Positions 28,086-38,154 of a stretch of DNA of 64,000 nucleotides are shown piece after piece. The stretch lies in the NCBI GenBank assembly GCA_021824915.1, contig JAKAJP010000003.1, forward strand, positions 136 through 64,135. Direction: 5' to 3'. This stretch comes from a bacterium (lineage in GTDB: Bacteria; Patescibacteriota; Microgenomatia; UBA8517). The translations under genes were made by a program, and so were the position numbers. The notes under the pieces are model-generated. The model had not been told where the DNA came from, searched no databases, and saw only the letters and a program-made list of their open reading frames with translations. The number at the start of each line of letters is the position of its first letter. The first letter of the stretch is position 1.

Positions 28086-28574
28086 ATGGAAGTAAAGGTA
28101 ATCTCCGGTATAAAAGAATTTTTAAGGAAACCCGACCAAAGTATTAATCGTTATTTACACCCATTCCCATCACAAACAAAAATTGAAAAAATTATAAAAG
28201 ATTATCCATCACACAAAGGCCCATTCAAAGGAGCCATAGACTTTATAGTTCCTCTCGGCACGCCAGTCCTCGCCCCCCTTGAAGGTATTGTCACAGCTGT
28301 CGTAGACACAAACGACAAGTTTGGCCCGACGGAAGATTTCAAAGATTTTCTCAACTACATAACAATTAGACACTCAAACGGCGAGTATTCGCAACCAGCA
28401 CACCTAGCTAAAGGTTCTGTGTTGGTCAAAATTGGAGATAACGTAAAAGAAGGACAACAGCTTGCCGTCACTGGAAATTCAGGGTGGATGACCGAGCCCC
28501 ATCTACACTTTTTTGTTTTCAAAGCTGCACCCACAAAAGAAGGCTTCATCGGACTCAATCCAAGATTCAAATAA
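28086..28574 (+). CDS. M23-family peptidase (LytM domain)
   Basis: HxxxD-like and GNSGWMTEPHLHF (HxH) motifs of M23 metallopeptidases. Confidence 0.6.
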   Translation: MEVKVISGIKEFLRKPDQSINRYLHPFPSQTKIEKIIKDYPSHKGPFKGAIDFIVPLGTPVLAPLEGIVTAVVDTNDKFGPTEDFKDFLNYITIRHSNGEYSQPAHLAKGSVLVKIGDNVKEGQQLAVTGNSGWMTEPHLHFFVFKAAPTKEGFIGLNPRFK

Positions 28575-29162
28575 TTAATAAGCGGCGATGGCAACTCCGA
28601 AGCCGTTTTGGGCATAGATGCAACCCCAAACATATTGGCCGCCGGAAAGTAACTCCTTATGTCCCAAAGTATTTTCCCAAAGAGAAACCGCATCCTCCGG
28701 TGAAGTTGCACCCGCCACTAAAAATTCACTTAAATTATACTTGTCAAAGATCCATTTTAAGTCTGGCCGGTCAGTCGGCATATTGGAAAATCCAACGTGA
28801 CCATCCAGTTTTCCAAGATCAAGAAGTTGATTGAGTCGAATTGATGCAATTGTACAAAGTTCATCGCGGACCGAAAGTGGATTAACCCCAAGTTCGACTC
28901 TTCTTTTATTCACGGCGTCCCAAAGCTGCGGGCCTCCCCATGTCGGATTGGCAGGAGCTGAATAATGAGTTGGAGCCGTAGTTGCAATGGGTTTGGTGGT
29001 TGAGGAAACTTTACTCGAAAGTGCATTTTTCAAAGCCTCCTCGGTATTTGTTACACCACCCCGGTAACCCTGGATGACGCCAACAATATAAGAAGTCATC
29101 GTAACAACAACAAATACTAAAATAAGAAGTGAGCCGCCTAAAAGTCGCGCAAACTTAAACAT
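28575..29162 (-). CDS. CAP/SCP/PR-1-like domain protein, membrane anchored
   Basis: N-terminal TM. The C-terminal region carries CAP-domain signature-like segments (LGHKELLSGGQYVWGCIYAQN). Confidence 0.55.
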   Translation of the reverse strand: MFKFARLLGGSLLILVFVVVTMTSYIVGVIQGYRGGVTNTEEALKNALSSKVSSTTKPIATTAPTHYSAPANPTWGGPQLWDAVNKRRVELGVNPLSVRDELCTIASIRLNQLLDLGKLDGHVGFSNMPTDRPDLKWIFDKYNLSEFLVAGATSPEDAVSLWENTLGHKELLSGGQYVWGCIYAQNGFGVAIAAY

Positions 29163-29606
29163 CTAATCAGAGTATATAATAGTTACCGGCCCATCCAAAA
29201 CCGCCTCGATTTCCATATAATCACCAAAGCTTCCGGTTTCAACTTTTATTCCCTTCTCTTTCAATTTAATAATAAATTGCTCATATATTTTACGGGCATC
29301 GTTCGGTAGAGCTGCATTAATAAAACTTGGTCTATTTCCCCCTGTTGTGTCCGCGTGGAGGGTAAATTGAGAAACAACTAAAATCTCTGATTTCGTATCA
29401 ACTACAGACAGATTCATTTTGTTATTCGAGTCCGACATAACCCGAAGCTTGGCGAGTTTATCCACCGATACATTAACCTCCTTTTCGGTATCACCCTTTT
29501 TAACTCCAAGAAGAACAAAGAGCCCGTTACCAATTTCTCCAACAACTTCCCCATCTTCAACTCTGGTCACTCTAGCTTTTTTAACTCTCTGCACAACCAA
29601 TCGCAT
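29163..29606 (-). CDS. dtd: D-aminoacyl-tRNA deacylase
   Basis: MRLVVQRV N-terminus, SQFTL and C-terminal GPVT motifs. The protein is 147 aa. Confidence 0.85.
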   Translation of the reverse strand: MRLVVQRVKKARVTRVEDGEVVGEIGNGLFVLLGVKKGDTEKEVNVSVDKLAKLRVMSDSNNKMNLSVVDTKSEILVVSQFTLHADTTGGNRPSFINAALPNDARKIYEQFIIKLKEKGIKVETGSFGDYMEIEAVLDGPVTIIYSD

Positions 29607-29620
29607 GGAGATATTTTACA

Positions 29621-31147
29621 CTAATCCTCTATCTTGGGACGATATTGCAAAGCCTCAGCAATATGATTAACAGAAATCAATTTTTCACCGGCTAGGTCAG
29701 CAATTGTGCGGGCAATTTTTATCACCTTGAAATAGCTCCTGGCAGTCAAATTCATTACCGAGACAGCACTCGTCAAAAGTCCCTGACACTCGTTGGTGAG
29801 AGCACAATATTTCTTAACATCCCGCGTTGCCATTTCAGCGTTACTTTTTATAGAAGTATTTTTGAATCTTCTTGTCTGAATTTCGCGGGCGGATTGGGTC
29901 CTTTTTTGAATATCTTTTGAGCACTCACGAACGGCTTTATCATCCAAAAGCTTTTGCGTCTCAACTGACGGCACATCAATATGAATGTCTATTCTATCTA
30001 GGATGGGTCCGGAAATTCTCTTTTGGTATCTGGCTACCACTCCGGGCAGACAAGTACATACTCGCTTGGTATCACCAAAATAACCACAAGGGCAGGGATT
30101 ACTAGCTGCAACCAGTAAAAACTTGGCCGGGTAAGTAACGGAGCCTTTGGCTCTTGAAATTGTCACAACTCCATCCTCTATCGGTTGCCTAAGAGCTTCG
30201 AGGACATGTCTGGGAAATTCAGGAAACTCATCCAAAAACAAAACCCCACGATGACTCAAAGAGATTTCACCGGGCAGAGGACTACTTCCTCCGCCAATCA
30301 ATCCAATCCTACTTATTGTGTGATGAGGACTCCTAAAAGGTCTTTTAGTAATAATCGATTCTCCTTCGGGCAAATTACCGGTAATGGAATAGATTTTTGT
30401 CACTTCGAGAGCCTCACTTTCTGTTGGAGTGGGTAAAATCCCGGGAAGTGCCCGGGAAAGCATGGTTTTTCCCGATCCCGGAGTCCCCTTCATGAATAAA
30501 TTGTGCCCACCGGCTGCCGCAACCTCCAAAGCCCTCTTCGCCTGTTCCTGACCGACAATTTCAGAAAAATCAAATTCCGCTTCACTTCTAACCAAAAGGG
30601 TTTTAAGTTTAATATTTTTAGCCGGTTCAATCTGAAGAGTTTTGTTAAAAAATCTAACCAAATCCAAGAGAGAGTTGGCACCATAAACTTTCACCGCAGG
30701 AACAACAGCTGCTTCCTTTTCATTGACTTTAGGAATAAATATTTGTTTATAGTGTTTCTCGCTAGCCAGATAGCTCATGGGCAAAATTCCATTTGTGTGT
30801 CTCAAACCTCCGTCAAGCGAAAGTTCTCCAAAGAACAAAGAGCCGTCAATTTCAGGCGCAATTTGTCCCGAAGCAATCAAAATTCCAAGAGCAATCGGTA
30901 AATCGTAGGCAGGACCCATTTTTGGCAGATCAGCAGGCGCCAAATTTACTGTAATTCTGGTTATTGGAAAGTCGGCTCCGCTATTTTTGATTGCGCTTCT
31001 TACACGCTCCTTAGATTCTTCAACGGCTTTATCCGGAAGACCGACAACTGTAAAACTGGGTAAACCAACCTCTGCCACATCAACTTCAACATCAACTAAC
31101 GTCGCAGATAAACCGACCATAGCACCGGAAGTAACTTTTGAAAGCAT
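29621..31147 (-). CDS. comM: YifB/ComM-family Mg-chelatase-like AAA+ ATPase
   Basis: An N-terminal Lon-protease-like domain, Walker A GTPGSGKT, and the C-terminal ChlI/MCM-type domain. Confidence 0.8.
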   Translation of the reverse strand: MLSKVTSGAMVGLSATLVDVEVDVAEVGLPSFTVVGLPDKAVEESKERVRSAIKNSGADFPITRITVNLAPADLPKMGPAYDLPIALGILIASGQIAPEIDGSLFFGELSLDGGLRHTNGILPMSYLASEKHYKQIFIPKVNEKEAAVVPAVKVYGANSLLDLVRFFNKTLQIEPAKNIKLKTLLVRSEAEFDFSEIVGQEQAKRALEVAAAGGHNLFMKGTPGSGKTMLSRALPGILPTPTESEALEVTKIYSITGNLPEGESIITKRPFRSPHHTISRIGLIGGGSSPLPGEISLSHRGVLFLDEFPEFPRHVLEALRQPIEDGVVTISRAKGSVTYPAKFLLVAASNPCPCGYFGDTKRVCTCLPGVVARYQKRISGPILDRIDIHIDVPSVETQKLLDDKAVRECSKDIQKRTQSAREIQTRRFKNTSIKSNAEMATRDVKKYCALTNECQGLLTSAVSVMNLTARSYFKVIKIARTIADLAGEKLISVNHIAEALQYRPKIED

Positions 31148-31223
31148 TGACTAACATTAGCACATAGTTTCGATAAGTTGAAACCCAGCAAATGAGAAAA
31201 AATTCTGCTACAATACGCCAACC

Positions 31224-31940
31224 GTGGGCAGGAAACTCAAATATAAAAGAGTGCTTCTGAAGCTTACGGGGGAGCTATTTGGAGAAAATGGCGGGAAAGG
31301 AATAAATTTTGCTTCATACGAAAGTATTGCTTCACAACTCATTAATATCTGGAAAAAGACCCAAGTTGATCTGGCAATAGTCGTTGGTGGAGGGAATATA
31401 TTTAGAGGTCGGGAGCGGTCTATACAAGTCGATCAAGCAACAGCAGACTATATGGGTATGTTGGCAACGGTGATTAATGGAATGGCATTACAGGAAGCAC
31501 TTGAAAGACTGGGGGCACCGACACGTATGATGACAGCCTTTGAAATTAAATCCGTAGCCGAACCATACATACGAAGGCGAGCGATAAGGCATATGGAAAA
31601 GGGCAGAATTGTCATTTTTACAGCAGGGACAGGAAGCCCTTTTTTCACAACCGATTCTGGGGCAGCCCTACGCGCAATTGAGATAAATTGCGATGTCATT
31701 CTTAAAGCCTCCGGTGTTGATGGGGTTTATTCAAGCGACCCTAATAAAGACGCAAAAGCCAAAATGTATAAAAATTTGACTTATCAGGAAGCTCTGGAGA
31801 AACACTTAGACGTAATGGATGCCACCGCCTTCGCCCTCTGCCAAAAACACAAAATGCCGATTATTGTCTTCAATATTAAAAACCTCGGAAAACTGGACAA
31901 AATCCTCAAGGGCGAAAAGATTGGAACCCTCGTCTCCTAA
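31224..31940 (+). CDS. pyrH: UMP kinase
   Basis: KRVLLKLTGE, GGGNIFRG and an amino-acid-kinase fold across the whole length. There is a GTG start with an extended -10 (TGcTACAAT) 9 nt upstream. Confidence 0.85.
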   Translation: MGRKLKYKRVLLKLTGELFGENGGKGINFASYESIASQLINIWKKTQVDLAIVVGGGNIFRGRERSIQVDQATADYMGMLATVINGMALQEALERLGAPTRMMTAFEIKSVAEPYIRRRAIRHMEKGRIVIFTAGTGSPFFTTDSGAALRAIEINCDVILKASGVDGVYSSDPNKDAKAKMYKNLTYQEALEKHLDVMDATAFALCQKHKMPIIVFNIKNLGKLDKILKGEKIGTLVS

Positions 31941-31974
31941 AAGTGAAAAAATGGCCCAAAAGTGGTATACTGGC

Positions 31975-32275
31975 CTCACTCTGGAGGAAGGATGATCGCC
32001 CTGAGGCTAGCGCAAGCTTACCAATGGGAGGAAAGTCCAGACAGCAGAAAGCAGGGTGTTGAGCGTAAGCTCAAGCGGGCAACCGCCAGTAAGAGCCACA
32101 GAAACTATGTCGGTCTAACTACCCTAAAGGTAGTGAGAAACGAGTGAAAAGAGGCAATCCTCCCCGCTGCAACCTCCGAACAGGTCGTCACAGGCGCTTT
32201 CCCGAGACCTAAAGTGTGAGGGCATAGACAGATGATCATCTAAATACAGAATCTGGCTTACCATCTTCCAGAGTA
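31975..32275 (+). ncRNA. rnpB: RNase P RNA (bacterial type, reduced size)
   Basis: Conserved P4 strands GAGGAAAGTCCAGAC and ACAGAATCTGGCTTAC, an AGGGTG element, and P1 pairing between the 5' ACTCTGGAGGAAGGATG and the 3' CCATCTTCCAGAGT. It lies in a protein-free gap. Confidence 0.7.
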
Positions 32276-32279
32276 AAAA

Positions 32280-32306
32280 ATACTCACGAAAGTGAGTATT
32301 TTTTTG
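32280..32306 (+). terminator. intrinsic terminator of rnpB
   Basis: ATACTCAC-gaaa-GTGAGTAT is a perfect 8-bp stem followed by TTTTTTTG. Confidence 0.7.
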
Positions 32307-32369
32307 TAAACAGTGGACGACAAGGTTCTTGAGTGAAGCTAAAGGTTCTTACCATCACCAGAGTAAAAA

Positions 32370-33344
32370 CTAATCTTTAATGAGGTATTCTTTAACTAAA
32401 ATTTGAGCGGCAATAACGGTGGGAACGGATATAATTGCTCCGACCATTCCTGCAAGTCGGGCACCGACCGCCAAAGCTATTAGAATTATTATTGGGGAGA
32501 CTCCAACAGATTTTTCCATAACTTTTGGTACCAAAACGTAGTTTTCAATCTGATGAACCAAAAAATATAATGCGGCGACTCCAAGACCGGTTATAGGAGA
32601 AATTCCAAACCCAATTAAAACCGCCGGGACTGCAGACATGATGGGACCCAAAAAGGGAACTATCTCAAGAATTCCGGATAAAATAGATAGCGGTAGGGCA
32701 AACGGAATCCCTATTAACTTTAAGCCAATATACACCCCGAGGCCAATAGTAAACATCAAAATTAACTCCCCTCTTGCCCAACCTCCCATTCGCTTCTCGA
32801 GCTTGTCTAGGATAACACCCAGCTCCTTTTTCTTCTCTTCACCAAAAAAGAATCCCAAACTATCCTCAAGCCGATCCCTAGCAACGAGCATATAAAACGC
32901 AAAAACCAAAACTGTTATGATCGCCAAAAGATTGTTAAAGATGGAAAATGTAAACTGAAAAATCTCACCCGGAGCAGTCCCAAAAGATGTTAGAAAACCT
33001 TTAACAACTTGGCTGCTCAAATCCTGAGTAATGCCTATATTTGAAAGGTAAACTGGCAAAGCATTAATAAAACTCGTCGTCTGATCGACAATCGTTGGGA
33101 CAAGTAAAGCAACTACTCCCCCCAAAAGCCCAATAACAACTATATAAGTGATCAGAACAGAGACTGCCCTGGGAATTTTGATCTTTGATAAGCTGCCAAC
33201 CATAGGCTCAAGTATTGTCATCAGAATCAGGGCCACGAAGAGTTCCAGAATTATATCCCTCACTAAATATAGAAACCCCAAAGAAAGAAGCACTAAAACG
33301 GCAAAAATTATCGTCCTATGAGAAATCTCAATTTTCCTGAACAT
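32370..33344 (-). CDS. AI-2E family transporter (PerM/YhhT-like)
   Basis: Eight-TM topology with the conserved C-terminal block PIIILIALAVGARLAGMVGAIISVP. Confidence 0.7.
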   Translation of the reverse strand: MFRKIEISHRTIIFAVLVLLSLGFLYLVRDIILELFVALILMTILEPMVGSLSKIKIPRAVSVLITYIVVIGLLGGVVALLVPTIVDQTTSFINALPVYLSNIGITQDLSSQVVKGFLTSFGTAPGEIFQFTFSIFNNLLAIITVLVFAFYMLVARDRLEDSLGFFFGEEKKKELGVILDKLEKRMGGWARGELILMFTIGLGVYIGLKLIGIPFALPLSILSGILEIVPFLGPIMSAVPAVLIGFGISPITGLGVAALYFLVHQIENYVLVPKVMEKSVGVSPIIILIALAVGARLAGMVGAIISVPTVIAAQILVKEYLIKD

Positions 33345-34305
33345 CAGCTGAAGAATACCATTTTTCGACTACCTTTTCCACATCCTTCGAATAGTTTTTT
33401 GCCGAGACATCAAACCAATTTATTCTCTTGTCCTTTTTGAACCACACCAGCTGTCTCCTAACATATTTTTTCTCGTCCCTTTTCCATTCATCAACCACAT
33501 TCTCCTGAGGTACTCCACCTTCAAAATAATCCCGCCACTGACGATATCCCAAGGAAAGCATTGACTGAGAATCCCAATTAACACCGCCTTTAAGTAGTTT
33601 TTCTATTTCAGACTTTATCCCCTCATCTATCCTCTTTTTCACACGATAATCTATTTTCTCATCAATAAAATTTTTATCCGCATTAAGCCCAATAAACAGA
33701 ATATCCATCAAATCTTTCGTATTGCGATTAAATGTATCCTTGTGATCAATAAGATATTGGGACACCTCGATCGCTCTAATCAGTCTTCTGGGATTTTTCT
33801 TGTCCGAGCTATTCATGGACCCGGCGCGGATTGCATCCAGACTTGCCAGTACATCGAAAAGTTCATCCACACTCTTGGTCTCAAAATTTTTTCTTAAATT
33901 GTTATTCTTGGGAATAACAGCGGTCGGAATACCATCAACTACTCCTTTTATATAAAGCCCCGTTCCCCCAACAAGAATGGGGAGTTTTTTCCTCTTGCCA
34001 ATGTCGCCGATTATATATTTTGCAAATTTCAGATACTGCGCAACGCTATACTCACGTTTTGGATCAACCAGATCATAGCCCCAAACTTTAACCCCAGAAA
34101 CCTCGTAGTATCCATATTTTGAGAACCAAGGATATCTAATTTTTGAGCCAAGCGGCAAATCTTTTCCGGTCCCAATATCAACTCCACGGTAAACCTGTCT
34201 AGAGTCTGCAGACACCAACTCTCCACCAAATTTTTTGGCTAAGTTAATGGCCAAAGTAGTTTTTCCGGTTGATGTTGGACCGCAAACAACAAGTAGTCTT
34301 TTCAT
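33328..34305 (-). CDS. miaA: tRNA dimethylallyltransferase
   Basis: P-loop GPTSTGKT, ADSRQVYRGVDIGTGK and the DSMQ-like core of MiaA. Confidence 0.85.
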   Translation of the reverse strand: MKRLLVVCGPTSTGKTTLAINLAKKFGGELVSADSRQVYRGVDIGTGKDLPLGSKIRYPWFSKYGYYEVSGVKVWGYDLVDPKREYSVAQYLKFAKYIIGDIGKRKKLPILVGGTGLYIKGVVDGIPTAVIPKNNNLRKNFETKSVDELFDVLASLDAIRAGSMNSSDKKNPRRLIRAIEVSQYLIDHKDTFNRNTKDLMDILFIGLNADKNFIDEKIDYRVKKRIDEGIKSEIEKLLKGGVNWDSQSMLSLGYRQWRDYFEGGVPQENVVDEWKRDEKKYVRRQLVWFKKDKRINWFDVSAKNYSKDVEKVVEKWYSSADVQEN

Positions 34306-34307
34306 AA

Positions 34308-35090
34308 TCAGCTACTCGCGCTTGAGTACTTTCTAAGGGCAAATTTCCAAAACCGAAGTGAAATAAAAATTGCAACCGCCCCAACCACAAAAGCCAAAAA
34401 AATTCCTGAGGGAGTTGCCAAACCAATAATTGCGCGGACGGGGAGGGTCATCATAATTCCAACCGGAATAAAATATGTTAGAAATCCCTGTAACGGTTGT
34501 TTGTAAATATCAACCGGTAACCTTCCTAAACTAGTCAGGTCTCTATAAATCATTACACTATGATCTATCTCTGTTGTTATTATTGCGAAAGAAAGAATAA
34601 TAATATGAAACGCGGTTGCGATAATAAGACCATTCAAAATAAGTAATATGTAATAGATTGTGTTTTGAAAAGTTGGGTTCATTAAGGTGGAAATATAAAT
34701 GGTTACTATAACAAGCGGAGGGATCGTCAAAAAGTCGATCACATCCGCCCCCCCCATCAAAACTCTAAAAAGAGCACTCATGGGTTTAACCAAAACAAAA
34801 TCAAAATCTCCATTAACTATCATTGGTCTAAACCTATAAACCTCACGGAATAGGAATTGACTGATTACATCAACCACATTAAAGGTTAAGAAGAAAAAAA
34901 TTGCCTGCGTAGAGTTATATCCGGCAAGATTTTTGGTTCCCAGAAGAAGAAAATACAAAAAACCAAAAAAGAATAAGAAGCGTAATATTTTTCCGACCAG
35001 AAATATCGAAAGCGTAAACTTTTGCGTCAAAACCATGGAAAACGAATTTCTACTCATCATCCACCAGATTTTGAAATATTTTTTCATCAC
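34308..35090 (-). CDS. ABC-2 family transporter permease
   Basis: A six-TM integral membrane protein immediately downstream of a second permease and an ABC ATPase. Confidence 0.55.
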   Translation of the reverse strand: MMKKYFKIWWMMSRNSFSMVLTQKFTLSIFLVGKILRFLFFFGFLYFLLLGTKNLAGYNSTQAIFFFLTFNVVDVISQFLFREVYRFRPMIVNGDFDFVLVKPMSALFRVLMGGADVIDFLTIPPLVIVTIYISTLMNPTFQNTIYYILLILNGLIIATAFHIIILSFAIITTEIDHSVMIYRDLTSLGRLPVDIYKQPLQGFLTYFIPVGIMMTLPVRAIIGLATPSGIFLAFVVGAVAIFISLRFWKFALRKYSSASS

Positions 35091-35091
35091 A

Positions 35092-35895
35092 TTATCTCCC
35101 TATTGATTCATATACTTTTAGACCTTTTTGCCAAATCCAATTCATAAAAAACATTAAAGCAAATGTCCAAAAAATTCCTATAAATATTCCCTTAACTAAA
35201 TCAAGACCAGTCACATTGCCCAAATAAACCTGAACCGGAAAATAAACCAGATAAGGAAAAGGTGTTGCAAGAACCAACGACTGTAAATTTGTCGGAAGGA
35301 CATTTGTGGGAAAAAGGGACCCAGATAAACCTTCAACCACAACAATTAACATTAAAAACTGCGATCCCCATCCGAGCTCCGGTGCCCAAAAAGGAACCGC
35401 ACTAACTACAAAGAGTATGAAAAAATATAAAAACATCGCAATTATAACGCTAAGTAAAAACGTGATAAGCATATATATGTCTTTCTGGAAGAAAAACGGG
35501 GGTTTTAAAATAAAATAAAGAACCATAAATTCAACAGCCGCAAAAACCAAATTCAAAGCCTTACTAGAAACGTCGCGTGTCCACCAATACTTAAAATAAC
35601 TTACCGGCTTGAGTAAATAATTCGATAAATCTCCCTGTGCTATATCAGTTGAGACGTCAACAGCCCTCGAGGAAAAAACTAGAGCACGAACGATCATCAC
35701 CCCAAATACATACGACAAGATTTTTGCCCTATCGTAACCAAAAATTACAGTGTTGGGATTCACAAAAACTGTACTCCAGAGAAAGAACGTTAAAAGGATT
35801 TGAAAAACATTTCTTACTCGCCAGAGAATAAAATTAAGCCTATACGCAAATTCTTCCTGAAAAGAAATCTTGAAGATCTGCCAATATTTCCTCAT
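35092..35895 (-). CDS. ABC-2 family transporter permease
   Basis: A six-TM protein. Its start overlaps the ATPase gene stop. Confidence 0.55.
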   Translation of the reverse strand: MRKYWQIFKISFQEEFAYRLNFILWRVRNVFQILLTFFLWSTVFVNPNTVIFGYDRAKILSYVFGVMIVRALVFSSRAVDVSTDIAQGDLSNYLLKPVSYFKYWWTRDVSSKALNLVFAAVEFMVLYFILKPPFFFQKDIYMLITFLLSVIIAMFLYFFILFVVSAVPFWAPELGWGSQFLMLIVVVEGLSGSLFPTNVLPTNLQSLVLATPFPYLVYFPVQVYLGNVTGLDLVKGIFIGIFWTFALMFFMNWIWQKGLKVYESIGR

Positions 35896-36878
35896 TGTTT
35901 CAATTCACCCTTGAAAACCTTGCGGATAATGTCTTCTATCGGAACCTCTTCTATTGTCAGGTCTTCAACTGGAAAATTTTGAAGGAGCTCTGCTGCCGCA
36001 ACTGCTGTGGTGCTTCTGGGAACAGAAAGGGTAACCTCCGGAAAACTAATTTTCTTGATCTTACCAATTTTTTCAATTTCCTTTATATTATCTTCGCTCC
36101 CGAGAGTTGCCTTAATAATTTTTTCTTTAGCAAAACGGCCAACCAACTCTTCAAGGGCTCCATCAAAAAGAAGGCGACCCTCATCAATAACAATGACCCT
36201 GCGGGCCAGATCAATAAGATCATCCATGTTGTGGGATGTAAGAATTATTGTGGCATTATATTTTTTATTGTATTCATAGATAAAATCCCTCATTTTTTGT
36301 TGAGCAACCAGATCTAACCCAATTGTGGGCTCATCTAAAAACAAAATTTTAGGTTTATGAAGAAGTGCGGCAACCAGCTCCATCCTCATTCTTTGTCCTA
36401 ATGAAAGTTTTCTGACCGGAGTATTAACAAGTTTTTCAACTTCAACAAGTTCCGTTAACTCCTTCAGGTTTTCTTCATAAACCCTTCTCGGGATTTCATA
36501 AATCGCACGGTTGAGTTCAAATGTCTCAATCGCAGGCAAATCCCACCAAAGCTGATTTTTTTGTCCCATAACAAGCGCGATTTGCTTTAGATATTCAGGG
36601 CGTCTATCCCAAGGGTCATATTCCAGAACTTCCACAAATCCACTCGTCGGATAAAGGAGACCGGAGAGAGTTTTTAGAGTGGTCGTCTTACCTGCTCCAT
36701 TCGGCCCAATAAATCCAACCAGCTCTCCAGGTTGGATCGCAAATGAAATTCCTCTAATTGCGTGAACTTGTTTTGTTTTGGGAGAGAAAAGAGATTTTAA
36801 GGCTCCGGTAATGCCGGGTTCCTTCTCTGTAACTTCAAAATTTTTGACAAGATGATCAACAATAATGGCACGATCCAT
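35892..36878 (-). CDS. ABC transporter ATP-binding protein
   Basis: Walker A GPNGAGKTT, signature LSLGQRMRMELVAAL and Walker B LFLDEPT. Confidence 0.8.
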   Translation of the reverse strand: MDRAIIVDHLVKNFEVTEKEPGITGALKSLFSPKTKQVHAIRGISFAIQPGELVGFIGPNGAGKTTTLKTLSGLLYPTSGFVEVLEYDPWDRRPEYLKQIALVMGQKNQLWWDLPAIETFELNRAIYEIPRRVYEENLKELTELVEVEKLVNTPVRKLSLGQRMRMELVAALLHKPKILFLDEPTIGLDLVAQQKMRDFIYEYNKKYNATIILTSHNMDDLIDLARRVIVIDEGRLLFDGALEELVGRFAKEKIIKATLGSEDNIKEIEKIGKIKKISFPEVTLSVPRSTTAVAAAELLQNFPVEDLTIEEVPIEDIIRKVFKGELKQ

Positions 36879-36899
36879 AGCTAGAGTATAACACGGAGA

Positions 36900-37175
36900 T
36901 CACCTGCTAACCTGTCTTTTTAGTTTTTTGCCGGGAGTAAATCGTGGAGACCTATGGGCTCGAATTGTAACCATTTTATCCGTTTTTGGTATCTTAACGG
37001 TCTTACCTCTCATTGAAATCACTCTGAAAGTCCCGAAGCCAGAAAGTACAACTTTTTCTCCTTTAGAAAGAACTCTACCAATTTCATTTAAGAAAACTTC
37101 AACCGCTTCTTCTGCGGCCTTTTTTGTTAAATGGGCTTTTCTTGCAACCAAATCAATCAATTCAACTTTTGTCAT
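36900..37175 (-). CDS. hup: DNA-binding protein HU
   Basis: A 91-aa HU/IHF fold with the GFGTF...R.GRNP-like arm motif (GFGTFRVISMRGKTVKIP). Confidence 0.85.
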   Translation of the reverse strand: MTKVELIDLVARKAHLTKKAAEEAVEVFLNEIGRVLSKGEKVVLSGFGTFRVISMRGKTVKIPKTDKMVTIRAHRSPRFTPGKKLKRQVSR

Positions 37176-37230
37176 TTACAAGAGCGAGCTTAATCGAATA
37201 TTAATAAAAAGTCAAGCGTACGGCACTTTT

Positions 37231-38154
37231 TTAGAAACCGTAGTATGAAAGATTAACATCGCCAATTCTTATACGCGGAAGGTCAAAGCGTTGTTTTTTA
37301 CAAAGAACTGAACCGGGAACTGTTCCGAAAGCTAGTTGGTACCCCAAACTTTTTATGTAACTTTCTGCAAAAGGAGTATAACCACCATAAGGATACGCAA
37401 AAACCTTAGGGAGATTTAAACCATGTTCGATAAGTTGGGTATCGGCTGTTGAAATTTCTCTTTGTTGAATTTCACCATCAACGGACGGCAAACTTTTATG
37501 TGACCAAGTATGGTTTGCAAAAAGAGTGAGTCCGTTCATTGAAGACATTTCGTCCCAAACTAAGTAATCGGGATTACCCACCAAGCCGGTCGCTGAAAAC
37601 AACGTCGATTTGAAACCAAGACCTGAAAGAATTGGATAGGCATCCGTATAAAAATCCTGATAGCCATCATCAAACGTCAAAAGAATGCTCTTTGAAGGAA
37701 TGGGGATACCGGCATCAAAAAAATTTATTAAATCTTGCATTGAAACGATGTTGTAACCTTTGTCTTTCAAATACTGCATCTGTTGCCTAAAAACGTCCGT
37801 ATATACCGTTAGGGCGGTTTGTTTTTTCTCAACCGCCAATCCTCGACCTTGAATGTGATGGTACAAAAATGTTGGTAGATAGGTACAAGGACCATAAAGT
37901 ACATTCATTTCTGCGAAACTTAGTGGCTTCGGTGTGGCCTTCGGAGTTGGAGATAAATTTGGGGAAATTGACGGGACAGATTTGGACACAGGATGGCCAA
38001 GAAGTGAGCCAAATTTACTATTTATAATTTTACTAAAACTAGAAGGTCGGACCTCACTTGAATAAACAATTGAAGCAACAGACAGAATAAAAACGGTGCC
38101 AAGCAGTAAATATAAAAAAGATGAAGACTTTATTTTTGACAGGCTTCTTGTCAT
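37231..38154 (-). CDS. polysaccharide deacetylase (NodB homology domain), membrane anchored
   Basis: The TFDDGYQDFYTDAYPIL (TFDDG) and HTWSH motifs, after an N-terminal TM. Confidence 0.7.
   Translation of the reverse strand: MTRSLSKIKSSSFLYLLLGTVFILSVASIVYSSEVRPSSFSKIINSKFGSLLGHPVSKSVPSISPNLSPTPKATPKPLSFAEMNVLYGPCTYLPTFLYHHIQGRGLAVEKKQTALTVYTDVFRQQMQYLKDKGYNIVSMQDLINFFDAGIPIPSKSILLTFDDGYQDFYTDAYPILSGLGFKSTLFSATGLVGNPDYLVWDEMSSMNGLTLFANHTWSHKSLPSVDGEIQQREISTADTQLIEHGLNLPKVFAYPYGGYTPFAESYIKSLGYQLAFGTVPGSVLCKKQRFDLPRIRIGDVNLSYYGF

Noticed and set aside
31962-32147. A 61-aa ORF (MVYWPHSGGRMIAL...)
   Set aside because: It lies entirely inside the RNase P RNA gene. It has no RBS and its composition is dictated by the structured RNA.
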